A stretch of DNA of 63,764 bases, counting the filler, from Chiloscyllium plagiosum (Eukaryota), in NCBI RefSeq assembly GCF_004010195.1. It is 5 parts of one record of this genome, joined end to end, with 100 filler letters (N's around TTAATTAATTAA, not from the genome) between each part and the next. Parts side by side here need not be neighbours in the genome. Positions count along the whole stretch, not along the records: positions 1 to 17,712 come from NC_057717.1; positions 17,813 to 31,822 come from NC_057717.1; 3 more parts are not named here. The stretch is one strand, 5' to 3'. The notes beneath the pieces are model-generated. The model did no database searches. It was not told the origin of the DNA and saw nothing but the letters and a program-made list of their open reading frames with translations. Of the stretch, positions 13,384 through 25,719 are shown piece after piece (the first letter of the stretch is position 1; every line of letters starts with the position of its first letter). Both the position numbers and the translations under genes were made by a program.

Positions 13384-13854
13384 GTAAGATCACTCAGTGC
13401 ACAGAACAGAGAGCAATGAGAGAGAAAAACAAAACAATGGCGAACAAGACATGATAGAGTTACAGTGCTGGAGAATTAGCACCGTACAGGCACACCCCTT
13501 GCTGTAAGTTATGTTGTACTGAGACAGCATCGGGAGTTCGCAATTATCAATCCAGGCCTGTGCTGTCTTAGTGAGCATCAGGACAATAGAGGTGAAAGCA
13601 AGCCTCCCACAAGAGGGTGAGCATGCTGCCTAGGATCTTTCTGTTCTGTGTTCCCTCTCCAACACTGTGTCTATGGCTATGGACCAGTGTCTTCAATAAC
13701 CTTTAACTGCTATAACAGTTCCAGTCCCTGTAACCTCCTCCCTTCCTGATAGTTCTGCCACATATTTGAAACGTCCTGCATTCCAGACTACCATCCCTGT
13801 TGCTGTAAGTTGCTTCAATGTCTACAACATGTCTTGTCTCAGTAGTTTCCCCCT

Positions 13855-15715
13855 CCAATAACTGGAGACAGAACCATGCAGCACGGAAACGATTCCTTCA
13901 GTCCAACTAGTCCACACTGACCATGGTTTGTGAACAAGTAACATTTCTCTGCATTTGACCCATATCCGTGCAAACCTTCTCCTCTCCATGTACCTGCCCA
14001 AATATCTTTTACCTGTTGTAATTTTACTTTACTCCACCATTTCCCTGGCATCTCATTCAATACGTGCACCATCGTGTGTGTGCAAAATGTTCTACTCCGA
14101 TCCCTTTTATGTCTTCCCACTCCCACCTCACATTTATACCCTCTAGTTATGGACTCCCATACCCTACGGAAAGACCTTAACTATTCGCCTTACCTATACT
14201 CCTCATGGTGTTACAAACCTTTTAAAGTTACCCTTCAGCCACCTACACGCAATAGAAATATGACGGACAACTATACAAATATTTCTGCCAGGGTTCCCGC
14301 CACTACTTTGCTACATTGTTCTGGGATACCTTTGTGTTTTAAGACCTCCAGCACCACCTCTTCTGTAATGGGGACTCTTTTCACGCCATTACTGTTTGTT
14401 TTCCTTTGTTTCCCAGTCTTTGTCCACAGTACGTTCTGACATGAAATATTCATTTATGATCACGTCCATCTCCTGTGGTTCCATACATGGATGGCCTTAC
14501 TGAACTTTGAGGGGCCCTATTGTCTTCCCATTTGCTAATTTGTACTTTATTCTACAGAATTTCTTTGGATTGTCCTTACATTTCTCTGCCAAAGCTATCT
14601 CATCCCTCCGATTTCTTTTTCCAGCTTATCCAGCCTATCCTTCTAAGTCAAACCCTCCGGTATCAGGAGGGATCATCTTCATCAATCTTTGCCCCATTTA
14701 CAGTTTCAGAAAATGCTTCCTGAAGCAGGAGGATCATAATTCTACACAATACTCCATCTAGAGATCCTGCAATGTCTTATAGCCGTATCATGATATACCA
14801 ACTCATGTACTCAGTGCTCTGACCTATGAGGGCTAGTGGTGCCAAATTCTGCTTTCAACACCCTGTCCACTTGTGATACCACTTCCAAGGAACAATATAA
14901 CTCCATCACTTGGTCTGTCTCTGTTTAATAACACTTCCCAGGGCCCTACCATAACTATGTTAGGCCTTCCTGGTTTGTCTTAACAAAATCTATCACCTGG
15001 ATTAACTCCATCTTTCATTCCTAGACCCACTGGCCCAGTTGATCAAGATAACCTTTAATAACTGTATTTTCTGCCCGCTTTAATACTAGTTTTGGTATTC
15101 ACGAACTCATTAACAATGACTTCTATACTCTGAAACATATCATGCATATAATTGATGCATAAAAGTGAATCCACTACTGGACATAGCTTTCCAGGGTGAA
15201 GAACAACCACTTCCCACCATTCTCTGTTTCCTACAGTCAAGGCAATTTTGGGTCCGTTCGGCTAGCTCTCCATGATCCCATGTGATCTAACCTTACTAAC
15301 TCGTGTACCACACTCAATCCCGTCAAAAGCCTTGCTGACTTCTGTATAGACAACACCTACTGCTCTACCTTCATTTATCTTCTCGGTCACCTCTTCAACA
15401 GAACCAATTATGGTTGAGAGACACTATTTTATCGACACAAAGCTGTGCCAACTATCCCTAATCAATCCTTGCTTTTCCAATTGCATGTAACGCCTGTCCC
15501 ACGGAACCGCTTCCAACAACATTCTCACCACAGGCATCAAGCTAATTGATCCTTCGTCAATGGCTTTTCCCTCGATGCCACCCTCCAGGCTCCCAGCTCA
15601 TCACCCATGTCTGTCAGTGATGGAAATATCTCTTTAAGGGGCCCCGCAATTTCTTCCCGGACTTCCTACAATTTCCTGGGATATACTTGATTAGCTCCCT
15701 GGGATGTTTTTATAT
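13855..15715 (-). mobile_element. Degenerate CR1 fragments
   Basis: Minus: VPITEEVVLEVLKH..V.G.LAEIF, FCT..MV.V.N..P; RT region at 14700-15700; 3' tail near 13870. Confidence 0.75.
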
Positions 15716-15739
15716 ATATGCACGTTTTACGGGAATTAG

Positions 15740-17055
15740 GTAAAAAGTTAAAAAGCAGGACCTCAAGGATAGTGATCTCCAGATTACTCCCAGTGCCACG
15801 TGCCAGTGAATATAGAAGTATAAAGGTAGGCTGGATGGGTATGTGGCTGAGGAGCTGATGGGGGGGGGGGGTTCATCGTTTACAGTTCTTGGATCATTGG
15901 GCACTCCTCTGGGGTAGAGGCGACCTGTACAAGGGGTATGGTTTGGACGGTGGGGTGATATGTGTGTGTGGTGGACTGACTGGCAACTAATGAGGCCTGA
16001 CTGGTAAGGCGGACGAGCTCAGAGCATGGATTGGCTCTGGGGACTGGGATATTATAGCCATAACAGAAAATTGGCTGAGAGAAGGGCAGGACTGGCAGCT
16101 CAGTGTTCCAGGATACAGAAGCTACAGGCGGGACAGAAGGACAAGTGAGTGAGGAGAGGGAGCTGCCCTTTTGATTAGGGAGGACATAACAACAGTGCTT
16201 AGAGAGGATACTCTTAAAGGGTCATAAAATGGGGTCATATGTTTAAAGGTTAGAAACAAAAAGGGGATGGTCAGTCTGGTGGGATTGTATTCTAGACCCC
16301 CAAATAGCCAGCGGATACCCGAGGAGCAGATGTGTAGAGAGGTTGCAGGTACCCATAGAAATATTTAATAGAGTAGTATTGAGTTGAGATTTTAATTTCC
16401 TCAGGAATGACTGGGCCACCCAGAGTGTAAAAGGCCTGGACGAAGGGCAATTAGTCAATTGTGGCCAAAAACGTTTCCTAAATCAATATGTAAAGTGCCT
16501 TACTCAACTCAGGCGGGTAAAGGTCAAGCAAGTGACTGAATTGTCATCAGAGAGCACTTTGGGTCCAGTGACCACACATCACGAGGTTATAGTCCAACTG
16601 GTTTATTTCGAAGCAGTAGCTTTCGAAGCGCAGGTGATCATTCTAAAAGGTGAATGGCTTAAACTAAATGTGTATGGTATTACATTCCGTGACACTGCCA
16701 TCCTGTTGCTATCAATTCTGTGCCTTATGATTGTGCTCCACAACCACCTGAAGAAGCAGTGCTCGGAAACCTACTGCCTCCAGATAAACCTACTGGACTG
16801 TAAGCTGGTGTTGTGTGACTTTTAACTTTGTTCATCCCAGTCCAACACCGGCTCCTCCACATATTGACTGCCATGAATTGGGTGAGTCTGTTTGAAGGAA
16901 AAGCCGGAGGCTTTTAAAGGCATGATCTCAAGAATCTAGGGCCAATATGTCGCTGTTAGAGTGAAGGGAAAAGCTGGAAGGGTTAGGGATCCCTGGCTGA
17001 TGAGGAATATTGAGGCTCTGGTCTGGGAAATGAAGACGGCACACATTGGGTATAA
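15740..17055 (+). mobile_element. CR1 ORF1 end / ORF2 endonuclease region, degenerate
   Basis: GKADELRAWI..DWDIIAITENWL, GY..YRRDR, G.Y.RPPN APE motifs at ~16000-16320. Confidence 0.8.
16572..16862 (+). mobile_element. Penelope pLTR with inverted 5' piece, inserted in CR1
   Basis: 16572-16638 is an imperfect inverted copy of 16745-16820; CCTGAAGAAG..GGAAAC hammerhead-like core; ends CCCAGTCCAACACCGGC like 43768-43782. Confidence 0.7.
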
Positions 17056-17179
17056 TCTATCGTGTCTTCTTCCAGCCCACAAGTCGCAATCAATCTGTGG
17101 CGTTCCTGCTGCAGTCAGGATCTGTAGAACTCACTCCAATGTCTGCTCCTCTCCTGATCCAGTTCTGTAAAGAGTCACT

Positions 17180-17712
17180 ATAGACAATAGACAATAGGTG
17201 CAGGAGTAGGCCATTCTGCCCTTTGAGCCTGCACCACCATTCAATATGATCATGGCTGATCATTCCTAATCAGTATCCTCTTCCTACCTTATCTCCATAA
17301 CCCTTGATTCCACTATCATTGAGAGCTCTATCCAACTCTTTCTTAAAATAATCCAGACACTGGGCCTCCACTGCCCTCTGGGACAGAGCATTCCACACAG
17401 CCGCCACTCTCTGGGTGAAGACGTTTCTCCTCATCTCTGTCCTAAATGGTCTACCCCGTATTTTTAAGCTGTGTCCTCTGGTTCGGCACTCACCCATCAG
17501 CGGAAACATGTTTCCTGCTGCCAGAGCGTCCAATCCTTTCATAATCTTACATGTCTCAATCAGATACCCTCTCAGTCTTCTAAACGCAAGGGTATACAAG
17601 CCCAGTCGCTTCAGTCTTTCAGTGTAAGGTAATCCCGCCATTCCAGGAATTGACCTCGTGAATCTACGCTGCACTGCCTCAATAGCCAGAATGTCTTTCC
17701 TCAAATTTGGAG
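17180..17712 (-). mobile_element. Young CR1 LINE 3' end with open ORF2 C-terminus
   Basis: 144-aa uninterrupted ORF KDILAIEAVQRRFTR..TRGHSLKIRG..FTQRV..VWNAL; tail (TAGACAA)2; cut by spacer. Confidence 0.9.
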
Positions 17713-17812
17713 NNNNNNNNNNNNNNNNNNNNNNNNNNNNNNNNNNNNNNNNNNNNTTAATTAATTAANNNNNNNNNNNNNNNNNNNNNNNNNNNNNNNN
17801 NNNNNNNNNNNN
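17713..17812. other. Artificial scaffold spacer N44-TTAATTAATTAA-N44
   Basis: Exactly 100 bp, six-frame stop 12-mer, identical to three other sites. Confidence 0.97.
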
Positions 17813-17892
17813 CATATCCTTCCTAACCGTATTCCACCCCCCAACCCCCGTGTATTTCATCATGTCTTTATATCCCAGTAAATTTCGTCCTG

Positions 17893-18983
17893 CGTAATGA
17901 TGCTGGGTCTAATTCAACTCATGAAAACTTACCATTATGCTATGCAATCTCTTTACCGGTACAGGAAAGGTGTGGGCTATTTCAATTACAGGTGAGTCGG
18001 TTGGCTGCAGCAACATTGGGTCAAATCGCAGTCACACAGGTGTCTGTTGTTCTCATTTTTATTTCTTCTTTACGTGTGCTTAAGTAACACAGTGAGGAAT
18101 TAATTAATATGGTAAGGCATACATAAGGGGGCGGGTTCAATCTGAGGTTATGAAAATAGGGAAGTTTTGATTAACATAGACCAGAGATTGCTCAAATCGC
18201 GGCACATGAGATTGACAGAGAGCGATGTTGAGCGAATTAGACAGTCTTGCCAAATGCCAGTGTTATGAAGTTTTGGGTGTAATGTACATTTAATGGTGTT
18301 GAAATGTCTGGCTAGCACAAGGAGTCCAGAACAAGGTAACATCATAACATTTGGTCGAAACAACTAAGAGCTGTGTTACATGAATACAAAAACAAATGCG
18401 AATTCGGCCAATCAGTTTAAATTATGCCCCAATCAAGTTAGAATTTGTTATTTTTACAATGTTAAAACCAATGAAACGATCCGACGTTTTGTGGGACAAA
18501 TATCGGACATTTTGAACAGTTACCCAGAGCTGCAAAGAACAGTAAAGAGAGCAGCTAAAAGACCAACAGATTTAGGATGTTCGTAAAGTCTCCAAGAGGT
18601 GCCTTCCTGGAGAAATAGATAGCATAGAAAAAAAAACATCAGCAGCGACCTGGAGAAAAACATCTACAGAGGAAGATCGAAAAGAGAAGATTCTACAACT
18701 AGCTGGTTTGTAAATTTGATTTTGTTTTGTAAATGTTAATGGCGTCGGGGTGAGGGAAGGTATTGTAGACCAGAGGGTTTAGAGAAAGGAGTTGTAAGTA
18801 GTTGAAAGTTGATTATTCTCTGTCGCATGTTAAAAATGACAATAAAATTGTTAATGTTAACTTTAAATAGTGATTTTTGGGATAGTTCTTTGCCTGTTGA
18901 ATTTTAACAGAATACAGCACGGGATGAATCCTTTCTGATTTGCTGGTTTACATTAGCAGAGGGGTTTACTCCGTCACGTAACA
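17893..18983 (+). mobile_element. Probable solo LTR
   Basis: Begins (C)GTAATG, ends GTAACA; AATAAA at 18841; flanks CCTG / CCAG resemble a 4-bp TSD. Confidence 0.5.
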
Positions 18984-19342
18984 CCAGTTGCTACGGTTGC
19001 CTTGTTGTTTTGCTGATTTGTGCATTTTGCCTCATTAACGATTTTGAAGTTGTCCCCTCTACACAAAACGTCCGTGCTTTTGTACCATTGTACAAAAGGA
19101 ACAGTGGGTCTCGGCGACAAGGCTCCCTACAATAAAATTCGACGCTGATTCAGTCTAACTATCCTGATATTGACCCATGAAAACAACACTGCCCACTCTC
19201 CTCGAGTCTGGAAAACGATCCCAGATAATATTACATACCGCTCTCAAGGGGCTTTTCATTCCATCGCTTTCAATTCCTCACAGAATCCTTATCAACAGAA
19301 TTTGTCACTGAGTCATTCCTTTGTTTGTGTTCAAATCCTGTG

Positions 19343-19405
19343 AGCAGAGGGTCACAGTTGGAGCGTGCTGACCGCACAGCCCAGAGGTCAGACCATACTC
19401 TGTGA
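19343..19405 (+). pseudogene. Initiator tRNA-Met pseudogene
   Basis: AGCAGAG..CAG..GAGCGTGCTG..CCCAGAGGTC..ACCATACTCTG aligns to vertebrate tRNA-iMet; anticodon mutated (CAC), T-arm partly deleted. Confidence 0.75.
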
Positions 19406-20233
19406 ACTATAGTCTGCTGTTCATCCTTTCACTAACAGCAGGTAGATGTATCCCTGCTATGCAAATTTTCACACCTGTTTTCAGAAGCAAGATAAATATT
19501 CCCTTTTTGTTGTCACACAGACAACAACAGCACTGGTCGAGACTATCTGCTCGCAGACATCCGTTTTTATCCCATGGGTGTAAAGATGATTGTCTGAAAC
19601 GCTTTCTTCTGTTCCCTGTATCTCTGGGATGATGTGAGCTGTGAAATCTATTCTCTGACCTTGGGGTAACACTTCTACATACCAGGTGCAGTGTGCCTGA
19701 GCGACAAGACTCGCTGCAATAACATCCCATGCTGATTCAGACAGCAGAAGCCTCGATGTGACTTCGAGAAGGACACAGACACAGTTCCCGATGACTGGGA
19801 GAGATTCTCTTTTTCCCTGCACTTTTCTATTTGTTTCAGATAGCGTTATTTGCACAAGGTTCCCAAAAGATGATGGGTTCCTGTGCATGCGTGATCTCTC
19901 TTTTGGACAGCTTTCCAGAATTTTCATAACTCTCACTCCCTCTAGCCCCCACCCTGATCCCTAAACCCGTGTTTGATATGGAGCTGAAGAGGGCGTTCAC
20001 GTTTCTCTCCCACGAAACTGATTGCCAATAGAAGATGAGTTCGTCCAGCTGCCAATGGTGCGAGCCCGCTCGCGGGGAAAGTGGCTCGCACAGCTTCCGG
20101 GAAACTGGAAGTCAGAATGGCAAGGAACTGCTATTCAATCTCAAAGCTGCCTTCACTCCGAAACAACAGAAAAAGCCTATTTTTAAACAAAGAGACTCAC
20201 CTGATTTATAGATCACGCACAAGCTGCGGTTCT

Positions 20234-20303
20234 GGCTCGTTGGTCTTGGGTGTGATGTCGCCTCGGGAGGGTGATGTACGTGTGAGAAGTCACACTTGAG
20301 CCC
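20234..20303 (+). pseudogene. tRNA-Pro pseudogene
   Basis: GGCTCGTTGGTCT..GGGTGTGAT..TCGCCTCGGG..GAGCCC matches tRNA-Pro ends; B box destroyed; TTTT follows. Confidence 0.75.
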
Positions 20304-20349
20304 TGGTGTTTTGCATTTAATTCTATTTTTGACTCAGAAGGCAAGATTT

Positions 20350-20650
20350 CGTTGCGATCAAGGTCAGATCAAGATACCGAAGCTTCAAGACATACACCAG
20401 CAACTTCTTGTCGGCCGTTACTAGACTGAGAAATGGATTCCCTAACTTCAAATGATGCTGATCCTGTTCATGTGGATCTTGCCGAGTGCACGTCATGTCT
20501 GAATTAACCTGAAAGCATTAATCTGTCCAAAATGTTGTTTTTACTCCCACGGTAATCTGCATGTCCTTGATAAGTGTGATCTGTCTTTACCAATCGCAAA
20601 CAAATGTTTTCACCGTACTCAGGTACATGTGACAATCAAACAATCAAATA
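20350..20650 (+). mobile_element. Degenerate 3' end of a non-CR1 LINE (Rex1/RTE-like)
   Basis: AGATACCGAAGCTTCAAGACATACACCAGC..TTCTT..GCCGTTACTAGACT..; tail GTACATGTGACAAT(CAAA/CAAT)n; family from recall. Confidence 0.4.
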
Positions 20651-22029
20651 AAGTCAATCAATCGAACCACACAGACATTTCCTTATTGCTCGGTGCCAGC
20701 ACAGCGAAGGTGGGCTGCATGGCCTCACTTTGCACTGTGACATATTTTCTGATTCTAAATTAAATCACNNNNNNNNNNNNNNNNNNNNNNNNNNNNNNNN
20801 NNNNNNNNNNNNNNNNNNNNNNNNNNNNNNNNNNNNNNNNNNNNNNNNNNNNNNNNNNNNNNNNNNNNNNNNNNNNNNNNNNNNNNNNNNNNNNNNNNNN
20901 NNNNNNNNNNNNNNNNNNNNNNNNNNNNNNNNNNNNNNNNNNNNNNNNNNNNNNNNNNNNNNNNNNNNNNNNNNNNNNNNNNNNNNNNNNNNNNNNNNNN
21001 NNNGGTCTGCTCTGATCTGATTCGCAAAATCATTTGCCAGAGCTGGGAATAAACTGGTGAAGGTGAGATATATTCGTTGTTTAGTGCTCTATACGCATGA
21101 CGCCCTGCAGTTATTCCCCACGCTGTTTCACACAGCCATGTCCTCCCCGTGAAATGAAAAGACGAGAGTAACAATTGGATCAACTTGTTGGAGACAGCAT
21201 TATGACACTGACACAGTTCCGCATTATTAGGACACATTCCGCCAATTATGAATAACCACAGAGATATACTTGTGACAGAGAGTTGCCGTGGATTCGGTGG
21301 GCTGAACAGCTTCTGTCAGCGAGTAAGTGATGCCACACGTTGATGCTGCCCCTCGTCCTGTCTCTGGAACAGAGTGGCTGATGGTGAAATAATGTCTCAT
21401 TCTTAACCCTCCCTTCCGCGTTAGACTGTCTGCAGCTCCGCAACTCAGGACCGTGGGGATGACTCTCAGTGACTGAGGATTTCATTCGCATTCTCATCAT
21501 CTATGACAGCTGGGGCTCAGGTGTTAACTGCTGGCCGATTGCAGCAAAGAAACCGATGTCACTGTTACAAAAGCCTTTCTGCAGGATTGCGGTGTGAAGA
21601 TGGATTCTGAACTGCAAACAGGCTGCACAAAAATGTCCTCACATCAATTTACTTGAGGATAGAGAATCCGTTGTACATTCTGTCTTTCCCAACAGCTCAA
21701 CATCTTTATCTGTCTCTCAGATAAATAATATTTACAGAAAGTTCACAATCAAACTTGCTGATTTCCAGCACTTGATTGAACTGGCTCTGCCGATGAGAGC
21801 ATATCCGTGCTTGCCTCCCCTCACACTGCTTGCAGGTGGAGGGAAATAACTGAATACTCTGCCAATGGAGTCCAAGTGGAAGGGTTAAACAACACTGTCC
21901 CGTGAACAAGGAGACGGAATGAGAAGGCGATATTCTTGAAACACTTTAGTGCTTAGAAACCCGAGATCAAAGTATAATGTTGTTGGATCTGAGCGGCTTT
22001 CAGCTGGTTTGGTGTTGGAAACGTAAAAA

Positions 22030-22119
22030 TGCCACTTATGCAGGGGCATGATCCTCGCTCAGCAGCTTGTGTTAATACTGGCATGTGAGAAGGTCTTACG
22101 TGAAGTCGCCATCGAGCCT
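22030..22119 (+). pseudogene. Highly decayed tRNA-Pro-like sequence with ~20-nt insert after anticodon
   Basis: AGGGGCATGATCCTCGCTCAG ... TGTGAGAAGGTC ... CGAGCC vs tRNA-Pro AGGGGTATGATTCTCGCTTAG/TGCGAGAGGTC/CGAGCCC. Confidence 0.4.
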
Positions 22120-22920
22120 TGATCGTTTGATTTTACTTTTGCCCGGTCGTCCTATCAGGTATTTGATAAAAAAAAGTTGAAAATCAGGAAGTTGCCCCCA
22201 TAGAAATAACGTTGAATTCTGGAGTAAGAAGTGTCATTTTTGTAAGCATGGCACAGTACCACATGTGGTGAAAGCGAAACAATTGTTTCAGGATGCTCAC
22301 CCACACAATAAATGGGCATGAGCCATAAACTAATCTCACAACTAACAGCAGGGCAATTCCACCATCTTGGTTGTTCGAACAGTTCTGCGTATGANNNNNN
22401 NNNNNNNNNNNNNNNNNNNNNNNNNNNNNNNNNNNNNNNNNNNNNNNNNNNNNNNNNNNNNNNNNNNNNNNNNNNNNNNNNNNNNNNNNNNNNNNNNNNN
22501 NNNNTTTCACATAGCGAGTGGTTAGTGTCTGCAAAGCACTGCCTGAAATTCACAGATGCAGTTTCAAGCGAGTTATTTAAAAACTAATTCGATGTTTATG
22601 TTGAAAGTGAAAGTGTGCAGAGTTACAGGAAGAAGTCAAGAGAATGATACCAAAAGAGAAACACATTTATCTCTGTGGAGAGTCAGCACATCTAAGGTGG
22701 CTTGTGACACATTTGTGATTCAGAGTGGAATCACAGTTTGAGCAACAGAATGTAAGGAGTTAGACCACGGTGATGCTGGCAAAGCCGGGGGCACATCTAC
22801 ACAACAGAATATTATCCAGCACGGACATGTCGCAGGGAGGATGCCGCTGTCTGAAAATCCTGCAGTGTGTCCTGCGGATCAGAAACAGCACACTTCACTA
22901 GTGGGCCTAAAGCAGACCTC

Positions 22921-23001
22921 TGTACCGTGGCCAAGCAGCCTAAGCCGCGGGATTCGGATTCCTGTTTGAAAGGCGGACTTAGGTTCGAATCCCCCACAGC
23001 A
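22921..23001 (+). pseudogene. tRNA-Leu-derived pseudogene
   Basis: TGTACCGTGGCCAAGCAGCCTAAGCCGCGGGATT..GGTTCGAATCCC aligns to tRNA-Leu(AAG/TAG); long variable arm; intact B box; stems mismatched. Confidence 0.7.
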
Positions 23002-23976
23002 GCGTGTTATTGTGCTCTGGTCAAAGCCAAGCTAAAAGCAGCGGTATTGGAGAGTTGAATGTAGTGTTGGCAAGTGCAAACACACTCAAAGGTGTCACTG
23101 TCCATGCGGTGGTCGCCTCACACACCGAAAATCGCAGGCTCTACTGCTGTTGTTCCGTTCCACGCGAGTTGAGCTTTCACCGAAACCCAAAAGAGAGTGT
23201 TGCTTCATTGCTGTCGTGAAACAAAGTCCTGTGGTGACTCTACGCGTCGTTGTTTTGTGTTCTGGCGAAAGGGAAATGTTTCCAATGAGTTACGATGTTA
23301 CATGGTCTTAAGTTTCGTTAATTTCTGTTCTGCAGACATTAGAAGTGAAACGTAATCTAATCGAGACTGTCATTGGTGAACTTCAATGCCCATTCTTGTT
23401 GTGTTATTTCCTCCTCTTTTTTCAACACTTTCTGGGAAGTAGTGGTGAACTAAGGCTCCAGTATGTTTGAAAGAATNNNNNNNNNNNNNNNNNNNNNNNN
23501 NNNNNNNNNNNNNNNNNNNNNNNNNNNNNNNNNNNNNNNNNNNNNNNNNNNNNNNNNNNNNNNNNNNNNNNNNNNNNNNNNNNNNNNNNNNNNNNNNNNN
23601 NNNNNNNNNNNNNNNNNNNNNNNNNNNNNNNNNNNNNNNNNNNNNNNNNNNNNNNNNNNNNNNNNNNNNNNNNNNNNNNNNNNNNNNNNNNNNNNNNNNN
23701 NNNNNNNNNNNNNNNNNNNNNNNNNNNNNNNNNNNNNNNNNNNNNNNNNNNNNNNNNNNNNNNNNNNNNNNNNNNNNNNNNNNNNNNNNNNNNNNNNNNN
23801 NNNNNNNNNNNNNNNNNNNNNNNNNNNNNNNNNNNNNNNNNNNNNNNNNNNNNNNNNNNNNNNNNNNNNNNNNNNNNNNNNNNNNNNNNNNNNNNNNNNN
23901 NNNNNNNNNNNNNNNNNNNNNNNNNNNNNNNNNNNNNNNNNNNNNNNNNNNNNNNNNNNNNNNNNNNNNNNNNNNN

Positions 23977-25670
23977 GAACCAAAAGAGGAAAATACATAC
24001 TTAACCACTTCCTTACTAATCTGCCATTTGCAGAAGTATCTGTCCATGACAATGTTGTTAAGAGTGACCACCGCCTAGTCATTGTGAAGATAAATTCCCA
24101 CCTTCACATTGAGAATAACATTCATCATTTTGGGTAGCACTATCACGTGCTAAATGGGACAGATTTCAAGCAGATCTAGCAGCTCAAATCTGGATTTCCA
24201 TAAGGTGCTGTGGGTCAGCAATAGCAGCAGAATTATCCTCCAGCACAACCTCATGGCCTGGCATATTCCCCCTCACAACAATTAGCATCAAACCAGAGGA
24301 TCAACCTTGGTTCAATGGAGTGTGCAGGAGGGAAGGGGCAGCACCAGGTATACCTGACAACGAGGTGAAGCCACCAACCAGGACAACGTGTGTGCCAAAC
24401 AGCATCAGCAGTAAGTGATAGACAGAGGTAAGTGATCCCCACAAGCAACGGTTCAGATCTCTGCAGTCCTTTCACTTCTAGTTGAGAATAGTTGTGGACA
24501 ACTAAACACGTCATTGGAGGAGGAGATTCCACAAGTATCCCCATCCTTAATGATGGAAGAGCCCAGCACTTCAGTGCAAAACATAATGTTCATGCATTCG
24601 CAACTATCTTCAGTCAGAAGTGCTGAGTGGATGATCCATCTCGGCCTCCTCTGGTGTTCCACAGCAATTCAGTTACCAGTCATCAGCCAATTTGGATCAG
24701 TCCACGCGATATCCAGATTCAGTTGGAGACACGAGATACTCCAAAGGAGACACATGCTGACAACATTCTGGCAATAGTACTGAAAACTTGTGCTGCAGAA
24801 CTTGTCACTGCCCTAACTAAGTTGTTCCAATATCGTTACAAAAACATGTCCCCGATTACGTGGAAAATTACCCAAATATTCCTATACAGAAATAGCAGAA
24901 CAAATCCAATCCGGCCAATTACCAACCTGTCAGTAAAGGGATGGAAGGTGTCAGTGCTTTCAAGCAGCATCTACACAGCAATACCCTGGTCAATGAGGCT
25001 CAGTTTGGGCTCCACCAGGGCCACTCAGCTCCTGATTTCATTACCTTGGTTCAAACATGGACAAAAGAGCTGAATTCCAGAAGTGCGGTGAGAATGACAG
25101 TCTTTTAAAACAAGGCTGTCTTCAACCAAGTGTGGCATCAAGGGGCCTTAGCAAAACTGGAATCAATGGGTATCAGGGGCAAACTCCCCACTGGTTAGAA
25201 TCATAACTGACACTTGGGAAGATGGTCATGGTTGATAAAGGTCAGTCAACTCAGCTCCAGGACAAGTCTGTAGGAGTCTCTCGAGTAGTGGCCTCGGCCC
25301 AAACATCTACAGGGCTGTTTCATCAATGACCTTCCCTCCATTTTAAGGTCTGAAGTGGGGATGTTCTCCAATGATTGCACCATGTTCGGCAACATTTATG
25401 GATCCTCAGATACTGAAGCAGGACATGTCCAAATGCGACAAGATCTGGACAGTATACAGGCTGACAAGTGGCAAGTAATATTCAGGCCACACAAATGCCA
25501 GACCCTGACCATCACCACTAAAATACAATCTACCAACTGGCCCTTGCAATTCAATGGTGTTACCATCACTGAATCCACAGTGGACTGCAGCGGTTCAACA
25601 AAGCAGGTCGCCACCACTTTCTCAAGGGCACCTAGGGACAGGCAATAAATGCTGGCCCAGTCAGTCACAA
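23977..25670 (+). mobile_element. Degenerate LINE ORF2 of a second (CR1/L2-group) family
   Basis: DQPWFN, IVLKTCAAELV..L.KLFQ, Q.GLHQGHSAPD, A.FNQVWHQG.L.KL, MFSNDCTMF; tail GGCAATAAATGCTGGCC shared with the 1805 SINE family. Confidence 0.75.
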
Positions 25671-25719
25671 GCAGAATCAGGGAATAGCATTTTAAAAACA
25701 AAAATAACAGAGGAGGGTT

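Noticed and set aside
17270..17704. 144-aa ORF (and 173-aa ORF at 57425-57946) as host genes
   Set aside because: Both are CR1 ORF2 C-termini followed by CR1 3' tails.
20041..20115. RNase MRP, U3 or U4 RNA identity for the hairpin patch
   Set aside because: Only GGGGAAAGT is shared with MRP; no other conserved regions match.
23095..23160. tRNA-Val-like TCGCCTCACAC..CGAAA
   Set aside because: Only the anticodon-arm stretch matches; no recognisable A box, B box or acceptor stem.
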